NCBI RefSeq assembly: GCF_001465295.1
Contig: NZ_CP011034.1
Coordinates: 180,001 to 212,000, forward strand
Direction: 5' to 3'
Source of the DNA: Pseudoalteromonas translucida KMM 520
GTDB lineage: Bacteria > Pseudomonadota > Gammaproteobacteria > Enterobacterales > Alteromonadaceae
Length of the DNA: 32,000 nt
Part shown: piece after piece, positions 1-8,387 of the stretch
Layout of the letters: the number at the start of each line of letters is the position of its first letter
Position numbering within the stretch: the stretch's first letter is position 1
Translations under genes and position numbers: made by a program
Notes under the pieces: model-generated
Told to the model about the DNA's origin: nothing
What the model saw: only the letters and a program-made list of their open reading frames with translations
Database searches by the model: none

Positions 1-680
1 AAAGCTTTTTATTTACTAACTTTGTGCCTACCTCGTCAGATGTTATTAAAGAGCATATTAGCTCGTTTGCGGGCAATGCAAATCAAATGACCGCAGTGGG
101 TATTGGCTTTTTAGCTGCTATTGCCTTGTTACTTATTCGTAATGTTGATGCCACGCTTAACCGTATTTGGCGAATTAAGAAAAAGCGTCCAATGATGATT
201 TCGTTTGCCGTTTATTGGATGGTACTCAGTTTAGGACCCGTATTTTTAGGCGGCAGTATTGCTGTTACTTCGTATATTGTATCGCTGGTGTCGTTTGCTG
301 ATCAGGGAATTCCGGGGTTTAGTGGCTTTTTATTAAAGTTATTGCCGTACGGCATTTCGATGGTGGGTTTTATTATGCTCTACACCTTGGTGCCCAACAC
401 TCGAGTGTCGTTTAAAGCGGCGATACCTGGGGCACTATTTGCTGCCATGTTGTTTGAGTTAACTAAAAAAGGTTTTGCGCTTTATATTAGCCACTTTCCA
501 TCTTATGAAGTTATTTATGGTGCAGTTGCTACCATTCCTATTTTGTTTGTGTGGATATATTTGTCGTGGATAGTGGTGTTGTTAGGCGCTGAGCTTACGG
601 CGTGTATTAGCCCTGAAAATATTGAAGACACGCCCGAAATAGAGCTAGACGAGCAACCAAATACAAAGGATACGCTATAA
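1..680 (+). CDS. yihY: YihY/BrkB-family inner-membrane protein (historically named RNase BN), 5' end lies outside the window
   Basis: Frame 3 is open from base 3 with no upstream stop, so the GTG at 24 is not the real start. The translation FLFTNFVPTSSDVIKEHISSFAGNANQMTAVG...LNRIW...FAVYWMVLSLGP...FPSYEVIYG...ILFVWIY aligns with the central and C-terminal parts of E. coli YihY as I recall it. It is multi-pass hydrophobic. dtd starts 1 nt after its stop, as in E. coli yihY-dtd. Confidence 0.85.
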   Translation, partial: SFLFTNFVPTSSDVIKEHISSFAGNANQMTAVGIGFLAAIALLLIRNVDATLNRIWRIKKKRPMMISFAVYWMVLSLGPVFLGGSIAVTSYIVSLVSFADQGIPGFSGFLLKLLPYGISMVGFIMLYTLVPNTRVSFKAAIPGALFAAMLFELTKKGFALYISHFPSYEVIYGAVATIPILFVWIYLSWIVVLLGAELTACISPENIEDTPEIELDEQPNTKDTL

Positions 681-681
681 A

Positions 682-1119
682 ATGCAAGGTTTAATACAAC
701 GTGTAAAACATGCCAAAGTAGAAATTAATAACCAAGTAGTTGGCGAAATTGGCCAAGGAATTTTAGTGCTGTTGGGCGTTGAAAAACAAGATGACGAGCA
801 AGCGGCCGATAAGTTACTGCATAAGATTAGTAATTACCGCATTTTTACTGACGAAAATGACAAAATGAACTTAAGTCTAAAAGATATTGCTGGTGAGCTA
901 TTGGTGGTGTCGCAGTTTACTTTGGCGGCAAATACTAAAAAGGGCATGCGACCTAGCTTTTCATCGGCGGCAACCCCAAGCCAAGCTAATGAGTTATACG
1001 AGTACTTTGTAGCGCAAGCCAAGGCGCTTAATTTAACGGTTGCTACCGGTGAGTTTGGTGCCGATATGCAAGTGAGCTTGTGTAACGATGGGCCAGTAAC
1101 CTTTAATTTAGCTGTTTAG
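682..1119 (+). CDS. dtd: D-aminoacyl-tRNA deacylase
   Basis: 145-aa ORF, the same length as E. coli Dtd. Family motifs are present: MQGLIQRV, GILVLLGV, SQFTL, KG.RPSF, NDGPVTF. It is translationally adjacent to yihY. Confidence 0.95.
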   Translation: MQGLIQRVKHAKVEINNQVVGEIGQGILVLLGVEKQDDEQAADKLLHKISNYRIFTDENDKMNLSLKDIAGELLVVSQFTLAANTKKGMRPSFSSAATPSQANELYEYFVAQAKALNLTVATGEFGADMQVSLCNDGPVTFNLAV

Positions 1120-1831
1120 TGATCACCACGATATGATTTATATAGCCTGCTACTTTTTGCGGGCTAACTTTATAACCAAATACATTAAGTAATACTTGCT
1201 GTAACTGTTTTAATTGCGACTCATGTTGCGATAAAAAATTAATAAATAGCGTGCCGTTGTTGTTAAGGGCTGCGTGTATTTTTTGATAAAAAGCGGGTGC
1301 GAATAAAAATCGTGGCGCGTCTATTTGGCTAAATAAATCTAAAATAATCCAATCTATGTTGCGGGCGCGACCCAGTACTTGCTGGGCATCCTCACAAAGT
1401 AACCGCTGTGTATTATTACTAGGCACTTGCTGCGTAGTAAAAAACTTTTTATAACAACTAATTATATCTGCATTTATTTCAGCTGAGGTGATTTTTGCGT
1501 GTGGATATTGGTGCAGCAAATAATTACGAATTGCTCCGCCGCCAAGCCCCAGCTCGAGTACTTTTTTAGGAGTACTTAATGTGTGCCAATGCTGTGCTAA
1601 GCACTGTAAGTGTGGCAGTAATAAATTGCTTGGTTGCTGCTGCGTTACCACAGATTGCAGAGTGTCATTTATTAGCAGCCAACGCAGTTGCTGATGTTGG
1701 CGTACTTGAATGTGATCGCCCCCATATTTATGCCAATAAAGTAACTGGCCAACACTGTGGCTGTTTTCAATAAAATAGCTATTAATCAGGCCATTTACAG
1801 GGTTTATGTATTCGCTCATGTTGCTCAGCAT
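1103..1831 (-). CDS. Class-I SAM-dependent methyltransferase-fold protein, spermidine/spermine-synthase-like
   Basis: 242-aa ORF with a Gly-rich SAM/dcSAM loop (VLELGLGGGAIRNYL), an acidic beta-2 end (ITSAEIN) and DWIILDLFS. There is no N-terminal tetramerisation domain. Its 3' end overlaps the dtd 3' end by 17 nt (convergent). The family call is from motif recollection only. Confidence 0.55.
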   Translation of the reverse strand: MLSNMSEYINPVNGLINSYFIENSHSVGQLLYWHKYGGDHIQVRQHQQLRWLLINDTLQSVVTQQQPSNLLLPHLQCLAQHWHTLSTPKKVLELGLGGGAIRNYLLHQYPHAKITSAEINADIISCYKKFFTTQQVPSNNTQRLLCEDAQQVLGRARNIDWIILDLFSQIDAPRFLFAPAFYQKIHAALNNNGTLFINFLSQHESQLKQLQQVLLNVFGYKVSPQKVAGYINHIVVITKQLN

Positions 1832-1993
1832 AAACTAGCATAGCTAAAGCGCAATGGCTTTTGTCATTAATTTTTTACACTTTGCATTTGCCATCACCAA
1901 AGTCGTATTGGCAGTTTTTTTTAGATGGAGTATGGTATTTGCCATAATTAAGTGACGTTGTATTTTATTTACGGCTTAACAGCAGGAGTATGT

Positions 1994-2887
1994 ATGTTTC
2001 AGGTAAGTACACCGCAAAGTAGTGAAGATTGGCAAGCCTATTATCAATTACGCTGGGAAATTTTACGTGCCCCTTGGGGTGAGCCACGTGGTTCTGAACA
2101 GGATGATTTAGAACAAGATGCCGAGCATCGCTTTATTAAAAATAAAGCGGGCAAAGTATTGGGGGTGGCGCGGCTGCACTTTAATAACCAGCAACAAGCT
2201 CAAGTTCGCTATATGGCTGTAGCTGAAGAAAGTCGTAATCAGCATATTGGTAGTCGTTTATTACATGACCTAGAAAAAATAGCATGGTCACAAGACGCTG
2301 CAGAGTTAGTGTTATTTGCTCGCGAGCGCGCACTCGAATTTTATAAGCGCCATGGTTATGAAACACAAGAAAAAGCGCATTTGGCGTACGGCGATGTACA
2401 ACACTATAAAATGGTAAAACAAAAGCCATCAGAGCCTGGCTGGTTTCGCCACCCTAACTGGACTCAAGTGCTGCAAAACACCTGGCGTGAGTCAATTCCA
2501 ATTAGTGATGCAATGGGCATTAAAGTAGAGAGCTATACCGACTGGCAATTTACGACTAGCGCAGATTTAGATGCTAATTTAAACCTACATAACACTATGT
2601 TTGCTGGTTCTATTTATAGCTTAGCAACCCTTACGGGGTGGGGCGCAACCTACTTAGCACTTAAAGAAGCAGGGCTTGAAGGGAGTATTGTATTAGCCGA
2701 TGCCAATATTAAATATTTAAAACCGCTTAGCAGTGATCCACGCGGCTGTGTTGATATACAAAGCTGTAAGGGTAAGCTCAGCGAGTTAGAAACTGAGGGT
2801 AAAGCCAGCTATTTAGTGCCCGTTATTATTTATGATGGTGATAAGGTAGTGGCTGAATTTGAAGGGCAGTTTGTAGTAAAAAAATAA
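1994..2887 (+). CDS. fabY: Bifunctional GNAT acetyltransferase / YiiD_C hotdog thioesterase-domain protein (FabY/YiiD)
   Basis: The N-terminal half has a GNAT core (VRYMAV....RNQHIGSRLL...A...GY). The C-terminal half resembles the YiiD_C hotdog domain. Its position after yihY-dtd matches E. coli yihY-dtd-yiiD. I prefer ATG 1994, which has an AGGAG at 1984-1988, over the GTG at 1952 that opens the ORF. Confidence 0.8.
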   Translation: MFQVSTPQSSEDWQAYYQLRWEILRAPWGEPRGSEQDDLEQDAEHRFIKNKAGKVLGVARLHFNNQQQAQVRYMAVAEESRNQHIGSRLLHDLEKIAWSQDAAELVLFARERALEFYKRHGYETQEKAHLAYGDVQHYKMVKQKPSEPGWFRHPNWTQVLQNTWRESIPISDAMGIKVESYTDWQFTTSADLDANLNLHNTMFAGSIYSLATLTGWGATYLALKEAGLEGSIVLADANIKYLKPLSSDPRGCVDIQSCKGKLSELETEGKASYLVPVIIYDGDKVVAEFEGQFVVKK

Positions 2888-2920
2888 GCTGTTAGCACTT
2901 TATAGTTGAATTAAGCACGA

Positions 2921-2947
2921 AAAAAGCCAAGCAATGCTTGGCTTTTT
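2921..2947. terminator. Bidirectional rho-independent terminator between convergent fabY and pldA
   Basis: AAAAA-GCCAAGC-aat-GCTTGGC-TTTTT. Perfect 7-bp GC-rich stem flanked by an A-tract and a T-tract, so it works on both strands. Confidence 0.85.
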
Positions 2948-2974
2948 AATTTATTTACTTTAATCGCTAATGAA

Positions 2975-4009
2975 TTAAAGTAAATCGGTAAGTAATATAC
3001 CTACGCCAATGCGTTCTATATCAGCGTTGTAATCAATTAAGCTTTCGCCATAGCCATTAAAGTACTGTGCATAACCACGCACTCGGCCCCAAAGCGGAAA
3101 TGACCAATCGAGCTGTAAAGCACCGCGATTGTCTGAATTTAAGTTGTTACGGGTCATAAAGCTAAATTCATGTTCATTAAGGCGATACGCACCGCTAAAC
3201 TCAAAGTAACCCATGTATTTGTAAATGTCAGGGTTGTCGTCGCCCCTTGGATCTAAAGGTGTTTCTTTCTCGCTTTCTGAAATACGATACCAAGGCTTAA
3301 AGTTAAATACAAAGCCATTTTTTTCCCAAATAAAGTTAGCGTAAATACGGTTCCATGAACGTGAGTTTGGCTGGCTATTACCGTTAGACTGATGCGAAAT
3401 ACCCAAAACAACAGCCATTTCGTCGCCCCAAGGAACGTGCTCTTGATCTAAATAGTTAACCCAAAAAATTTCTGGCTCGTAGTTGGTCTCACGAAATGGT
3501 GATGAGCTTTCTTTGTTATAAAGCTGCCAATATGACTGTAGTGTAAAGGCAAAAAATATAGCTTGGTCTTCATCAGAAAAGTCATTGAAGAGAGGGACCT
3601 TAATTGAAAGCTGATACTTGGCTTCTAAGTTATCGAGTGGCTCGTCATTTTTTTCGCCAGTTAGCTCGTCGAATGTTTCAAATGAGCTATTGTTCGGATG
3701 CGATACATACGAGATAGGTAAAATGTAGTTACGTTTATGTGGTGTAATAACATTACGGTTTTTTTGGCTTACTGCTTCACGTGCTTTGCGCTTATCGATA
3801 GCGGTAAGCTGTTTATCTTCTTCAAGAGCGGAGCATTTTTTACGAAGCTGGTTGAGTGTTTGCTTGCCGTCTCCACCAATCACTTCATTTAAAATACATT
3901 GTTTTACCAGCTCAATATTACTATTTTGCTCATTGCTTTTAGGTTTTTCTTCAGCAAAAACAGTAGTACTAACTAATGTTGAAAGTATGATCAAGTATCG
4001 CCAGCTCAT
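2975..4009 (-). CDS. pldA: Outer-membrane phospholipase A (PldA)
   Basis: 344-aa ORF with an N-terminal signal peptide (MSWRYLIILSTLVSTTVFA). It carries the catalytic HxSNG motif (GISHQSNGNS), a beta-barrel-like alternating pattern and a C-terminal aromatic-rich end. Confidence 0.88.
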   Translation of the reverse strand: MSWRYLIILSTLVSTTVFAEEKPKSNEQNSNIELVKQCILNEVIGGDGKQTLNQLRKKCSALEEDKQLTAIDKRKAREAVSQKNRNVITPHKRNYILPISYVSHPNNSSFETFDELTGEKNDEPLDNLEAKYQLSIKVPLFNDFSDEDQAIFFAFTLQSYWQLYNKESSSPFRETNYEPEIFWVNYLDQEHVPWGDEMAVVLGISHQSNGNSQPNSRSWNRIYANFIWEKNGFVFNFKPWYRISESEKETPLDPRGDDNPDIYKYMGYFEFSGAYRLNEHEFSFMTRNNLNSDNRGALQLDWSFPLWGRVRGYAQYFNGYGESLIDYNADIERIGVGILLTDLL

Positions 4010-4127
4010 TGTAATTCCTTTGTGAGTATTGATGGTTTAATGCGTTAATTTAATTATAACGCCTTTTTACATATGTAACGGTGAACTTTTACTGAATTTA
4101 CGTATATTTTGTATAATTAGATCAAAA

Positions 4128-4150
4128 TAAAAGCGGCCTAAGCCGCTTTT
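4128..4150 (-). terminator. Rho-independent terminator ending the riboswitch operon
   Basis: AAAA-GCGGC-ctaa-GCCGC-TTTT. On the minus strand the stem is followed by TTTTATTTT. It lies 54 nt downstream of the AstE-like stop. Confidence 0.8.
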
Positions 4151-4203
4151 ATAATGCAAATTAACTATAGTTAACTTACTCTCACGCAATGAGAAGGGAG
4201 AGC

Positions 4204-5322
4204 TTAAAGCTCAAATACGTTAGTAAAAAATTTATACAGTTCAGTGCCTTGGTTAACACTCGCCGAGGCAAAGTGCAGTATGGCAATAGCATCACATTCA
4301 AGGGAAAGTGTTTGTAGTGGCTGTTCACTTAAATAACGCTCCATGCGCAGTATTTTAGCAATTGGCTCACCTGCTTTAATATGCGCGCCTAGGGGGGCAA
4401 TATACTCAACCATTCCGCCCATGGGCGCGTAATAAGCAAAGTAATCATTTAAATGACACGCGTAGCGAGTAATGTTAGCCGGCGTGTGGGGTGCATTTTC
4501 AAATACGGCTTTATAATTTAAGTAACTTAAAATACTGTTTGCATCGTTTAGTGCTTCGCTCAAATCTATTTTTTCTTGGCTGCCTAGCTCTACAGTAAAA
4601 GCTTCTACAGGTATGCTTAGCTCGCGACCTTGCTTGCTCAGTGCTTCGTTTAAATGCCACCAGGGGCAAAAGTTAGCTTCATCCATAGCGCCGTCAAAAT
4701 CACTAGGAATAAGCAGTACGTGCTCAATATTAAAATACCGAGCGCTATTAGCCGCATAGGTTGGGCAGTACAAATGTTTGCTTGAAATAGGACCTGTGTG
4801 TAAATCCAGTACTATATCGGCTTGGTGAGCGAGCTTTTGTAAGTTAAGCGCAATGCGTTTACCTGTATTGAGTAAATAAGCAGGGCCGTTGAGTTTGCTG
4901 TCAACTTCGTCAATAAGTGCCTGTTTAAACGTGCTTTTTAATGTGGCATCGTCGTATTGCGTATGGTTTTTTGCAAACTGAGTGACTAACTCAGTATTAT
5001 AATGATACATCCTATTCCAATTAGTGCCGGTGATAGGGTCGAACCGACCTAAAGTAAATTCCCCCGACTTTTGATTACAACCAATAGGGTTGGCATAGGG
5101 CACTAAAGTAATATCACCTTTAAGATTGAGGTGCTTTAATTGTTCAAGTAGTTGAAAAATTACCGCATTACCTTGTACTTCAGCCCCGTGCATGTTGGCC
5201 TGAATATACACACTTGGCCCCGTGCCATCGCCTTTTAAACGATACACAGGAATAGTGAGAGGTAAGCCATTGGCAACTTCACCAACGACGATGTTTTCTT
5301 GACTAATTGGTGAGGCGATCAT
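4204..5322 (-). CDS. Succinylglutamate desuccinylase/aspartoacylase (AstE/AspA) family zinc deacylase, M14-like
   Basis: 372-aa ORF. It has the N-terminal zinc motif HGxExxG (ANMHGAEVQGN) and a downstream DLHTGP, typical of the AstE/AspA family. It is the last gene of the L-box operon, not of the ast operon. Confidence 0.8.
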   Translation of the reverse strand: MIASPISQENIVVGEVANGLPLTIPVYRLKGDGTGPSVYIQANMHGAEVQGNAVIFQLLEQLKHLNLKGDITLVPYANPIGCNQKSGEFTLGRFDPITGTNWNRMYHYNTELVTQFAKNHTQYDDATLKSTFKQALIDEVDSKLNGPAYLLNTGKRIALNLQKLAHQADIVLDLHTGPISSKHLYCPTYAANSARYFNIEHVLLIPSDFDGAMDEANFCPWWHLNEALSKQGRELSIPVEAFTVELGSQEKIDLSEALNDANSILSYLNYKAVFENAPHTPANITRYACHLNDYFAYYAPMGGMVEYIAPLGAHIKAGEPIAKILRMERYLSEQPLQTLSLECDAIAILHFASASVNQGTELYKFFTNVFEL

Positions 5323-5343
5323 GAGTATCTCAACATTTTAATT

Positions 5344-5399
5344 TTATCTCGGGTACTTTATTTTAGGTACATTATCTTAGGTAAATTATCTCAAGTAAT
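5344..5399. repeat. Four tandem copies of a degenerate 14-nt unit (TTATCTYRGGTAMW)
   Basis: Copies sit at 5344, 5358, 5372 and 5386 with an exact 14-nt period: TTATCTCGGGTACT / TTATTTTAGGTACA / TTATCTTAGGTAAA / TTATCTCAAGTAAT. Pairwise identity is 10-12 of 14. They fill the spacer between the decarboxylase and deacylase genes, and the last copy covers the decarboxylase stop codon. Confidence 0.75.
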
Positions 5400-6591
5400 A
5401 ACTGGCATCTTCGGCTGCACGTAGGCAGCTAAGTTTGTTTTGTTCTAAAACATATTCGCCTGCAAGTTCGTGGCATAAAAAGTACGGCATACTTTCACTA
5501 AAACCATAGGCACCACATTGACTAAACACCAACCAGTCGTGCTCATTTAGATCACTTGGTAATGCGTGCTCGCCCAAGCAATCGAGTGCGGTACAAAGTG
5601 GCCCGTATAAGCTCATAGCTTGGGTTGGTGTGTTTGAATCTCGTAGTAACGCTGCTGGAAAGTCTTGACTAGTGACGGCTGGGCGCAATAAGTGGTTTAT
5701 ACCGCCACTTAAAATAACTTGTTGTTGGCCATAGTTTTGTTTTCGCTCTACTACTGGGGTCGCGTAATGTCCGCATTCACCCACGGCATAGCGGCCAAGC
5801 TCCATCCATAACTCTTCAACGCCCGCCTGTTTTTTAATTTTAGCGAGGGCAGTTATTAAGTCATCCCAATTAAGCGTTATGTCGTTTTGCGTATACGGAA
5901 TACCCAAGCCGCCACCTAAATCTAAAATTTTAAGGTTTATATTTAAATCGCGAGCAAGCTGGCTAAGTGGTGCAATCATTTGTGACCACAACTCACTGAG
6001 TTTTTGCGTGCTGAGCATATTTCCCCATTGAAAAATATGCAGGCCATCAAAGCTAAGTGCGTCATAGTCGGTAATATTAAGTGCCTGCCACTCTGTACAA
6101 CCGAGTCCAAATGGCGTGAGGCTATCGCCACCTAGTGGATTTTTTTCGCCCTCGGGCCAACGTAACTGTACGCGCAGTAATACCTGTAGTTGACAGTTTT
6201 GTAGCTTGGCTTGCTCATTGAGCCAGCGAACTTGATTAATACTTTCGGCAACAAAAGTACGTACGCCGCGCTCAATAAAGTGTTTAATTTGTTTTGGGCT
6301 TTTAGCTGGCCCGGTGTTGAGCACGCGATCGCTACTAACGCCTTGAGCAAGTACTTGCTCAAGCTCGCCTTTACTGGCTACGTCAAAATTAAACCCGGCG
6401 TTATCTAAGCATTGAATAATTTTAGACAGTGGATTTGCTTTAACCGCATACCACAGTTTTACCTCGGTTTGTGCGACCAATTGTGCCAAGTGATTATTTA
6501 GCGTATCTAGGTCGTAAACAAAAAATGGGCTATCGAGTTGGCTTGATAATTCATTAATTGCCGTTTTAACGCCCGTGCTCAAAAAGCTCAT
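5386..6591 (-). CDS. Fold-type III (alanine-racemase-fold) PLP-dependent decarboxylase, LysA/ODC family, divergent
   Basis: 401-aa ORF with the PLP-lysine motif WYAVKANP, the Gly loop LGGGLGIPY, ELGRY and CGAYGF. Two other family motifs deviate (see findings). Its start overlaps the dapD-like stop as TAATG. Confidence 0.8.
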   Translation of the reverse strand: MSFLSTGVKTAINELSSQLDSPFFVYDLDTLNNHLAQLVAQTEVKLWYAVKANPLSKIIQCLDNAGFNFDVASKGELEQVLAQGVSSDRVLNTGPAKSPKQIKHFIERGVRTFVAESINQVRWLNEQAKLQNCQLQVLLRVQLRWPEGEKNPLGGDSLTPFGLGCTEWQALNITDYDALSFDGLHIFQWGNMLSTQKLSELWSQMIAPLSQLARDLNINLKILDLGGGLGIPYTQNDITLNWDDLITALAKIKKQAGVEELWMELGRYAVGECGHYATPVVERKQNYGQQQVILSGGINHLLRPAVTSQDFPAALLRDSNTPTQAMSLYGPLCTALDCLGEHALPSDLNEHDWLVFSQCGAYGFSESMPYFLCHELAGEYVLEQNKLSCLRAAEDASYYLR

Positions 6592-7331
6592 TAACGTAAA
6601 ACCTCTTCAAGTAGTAATGATGCATCACTTTGCTCATCGCGGTACTTAACAATTAACGCGCACGACATGCTTAAACCTTGTGCACGCGCCCATTCGTTTG
6701 AAGCAGGGCGAGAGCCTGGTATTACAATAGCGTACTCAGGAATTGGCTCGCCTTTATCAAGTTGGCGCTCGTTTACACAGTCGTATACCGGAATCGTGGC
6801 CGATAAACGTACACCAGGAGCAAGCACTGCGCCTTTTTTAATTACTACACCTTCAACAATTACGCAGCCTGCGCCAATAAATGCATCATCTTCAACTACC
6901 ACTGGGCTGGCACCAATTGGCTCTAACACACCACCAAGTTGCACGGCTGCGCTAAGGTGTACATTTTTACCTACTTGCGCACACGAGCCAACTAAAGCGT
7001 GGCTATCTACCATAGTGCCTTCGTCAATGTATGCGCCAATATTTACATACGCTGGTGGCATAATAATAGTGCCTTTAGCTACATAAGCACCACGGCGCAC
7101 GCTTGAGCCACCCGGGACCATACGTACGCCATCGGTGGCACTAAACTGTTGTGGCGCTAAGTTATGTTTATCAACAAAGCCACCGGCAAATTCGGTGTTT
7201 GTACCATTTTTAAAGGCTTCTAAAATACCTTGTTTTACTGCAACGTTAGCCTGCCATTGGCCGCTTTCGTTTTGTGATGCTGCGCGTACTGCGCCCGACT
7301 CTAAATTATTTAATAGTTCTAACCAGCTCAT
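6591..7331 (-). CDS. dapD: 2,3,4,5-tetrahydropyridine-2,6-dicarboxylate N-succinyltransferase-like (short DapD paralogue)
   Basis: 246-aa ORF. The left-handed beta-helix hexapeptide region MPPAYVNIGAYIDEGTMVDSHALVGSCAQVGKNVHLSAAVQLGGVLEP is near-identical in pattern to E. coli DapD ([47 protein letters not shown], from memory). It is about 30 aa shorter at the N-terminus. Confidence 0.85.
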   Translation of the reverse strand: MSWLELLNNLESGAVRAASQNESGQWQANVAVKQGILEAFKNGTNTEFAGGFVDKHNLAPQQFSATDGVRMVPGGSSVRRGAYVAKGTIIMPPAYVNIGAYIDEGTMVDSHALVGSCAQVGKNVHLSAAVQLGGVLEPIGASPVVVEDDAFIGAGCVIVEGVVIKKGAVLAPGVRLSATIPVYDCVNERQLDKGEPIPEYAIVIPGSRPASNEWARAQGLSMSCALIVKYRDEQSDASLLLEEVLR

Positions 7332-7346
7332 TATAAAAACCTATGT

Positions 7347-8231
7347 TTAATGCCAAGATAAAATGGTGTTGTTTGCTTGTTCAATGCACGTTGTTTGCGT
7401 TAATTCGAGGTGAGTTAACGGGGGGCGTAAATACGAACTCGTTAATCGCCCTTGTAAATGCATGAGTACTTTAACGGGAATGGGGTTTGCTACAGTGAAC
7501 AAGCTACTGATTGCGCTTGACCACTGAGTAAATAAATTGGGGTATTGGCCACTTAGGCTACGCTGTACAAATTCGTGAGTTTGTAGCGGCCAAGCATTAG
7601 CTGCTACCGATACCAGTCCTTTAGCACCGGCTTGGGCAAAGTAGGGCATAAGCGCATCATCGCCGCTAAAAATAGCTAAGTTAGGAGCCGCTTGACGGTA
7701 AGCTTCAAATTGCGCAATGTTGCCACTGGCTTCTTTAAGTGCCCATAGGTTTTTATGTTGCTGTAGGTTTTGAATGGTTGCTACTGGAATATCGACAGCG
7801 CTTCGCCCTGGTACGTTATAAAGCATACAAGGGTGTTTACTTATATTTAAAAGGCTTTCAAACCAATGGGTTTGTCCAATTACACCGGGCTTTGCATAAA
7901 GCGGCGAGCCAAGTAAAAAACTATGAATAGGCAGGTGGTTACAGTATTCAACCCAGGCTAATTGCTGTTTGAGGTTCATACCACCTACAGCCACCATTAA
8001 GGGTACATTAGGTGATAATTGGCACACGTGCTCAACAATGGCTTGTTGCTCTTTAAGTGTTAAGGCTAAGCCTTCACCTGTGCTGCCTAGTAATAAAATG
8101 GCATTATTAGCAGCAGCTTGCTCAGCAACCAAAGTGGTTAAGGTGCCATAGTCGATTGTACCGTTTTGATTAAACGGAGTAACGAGCGCCGTCCAGACTG
8201 AGTAGTCATCTAAATTAAAGTTTTTGATCAT
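7347..8231 (-). CDS. dapA: 4-hydroxy-tetrahydrodipicolinate synthase (DapA family)
   Basis: 294-aa ORF with GSTGEG (E. coli GTTGES), LYNVPGRS (E. coli YNVPSRT, including the semialdehyde-binding Arg) and ALKEASGN (the Schiff-base Lys of GIKEATGN). It is the first gene after the L-box leader. Confidence 0.88.
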   Translation of the reverse strand: MIKNFNLDDYSVWTALVTPFNQNGTIDYGTLTTLVAEQAAANNAILLLGSTGEGLALTLKEQQAIVEHVCQLSPNVPLMVAVGGMNLKQQLAWVEYCNHLPIHSFLLGSPLYAKPGVIGQTHWFESLLNISKHPCMLYNVPGRSAVDIPVATIQNLQQHKNLWALKEASGNIAQFEAYRQAAPNLAIFSGDDALMPYFAQAGAKGLVSVAANAWPLQTHEFVQRSLSGQYPNLFTQWSSAISSLFTVANPIPVKVLMHLQGRLTSSYLRPPLTHLELTQTTCIEQANNTILSWH

Positions 8232-8387
8232 CTCTCGCGAACTTATAGAATGTTCGGCGAGTTAAGAAGCTATATAGGAAAGAGCCGCATTAACATCGTT
8301 CGAACAAATACCCACGTGTAGGGTATGTTATAATTCGAAGAGCGAATGGGCTTAAATAATAGGGCGCACGGCCTTATTATACTAAGA

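Noticed and set aside
4204-5322. Simply calling this gene astE (succinylglutamate desuccinylase) to complete the astCAD operon.
   Set aside because: I did not adopt this as the feature call. The gene is 372 aa against about 322 aa for E. coli AstE. It lies 19 kb from astCAD on the opposite strand. It is co-transcribed with dapA/dapD-like genes behind a lysine riboswitch. The possibility is kept as an explicit refutation test in the findings.
6667-7086. 139-aa plus-strand ORF. Similar antisense ORFs occur at 834-1022, 1579-1773, 2181-2429, 3786-4025, 6132-6408, 7135-7350, 7739-8151, 9438-9889, 10138-10341, 11462-11662, 13022-13561, 14072-14506, 16215-16418, 19398-19682, 23459-23743, 24988-25569, 26348-26719, 27003-27242, 27905-28147, 28908-29129, 29597-29800 and 30437-30817.
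   Set aside because: All lie wholly inside, and mostly antisense or out of frame to, ORFs with strong family-level similarity. Their translations are low-complexity (Ser/Ala/Thr/Cys-rich) with no recognisable motifs or SD sequences. This is typical of shadow ORFs.
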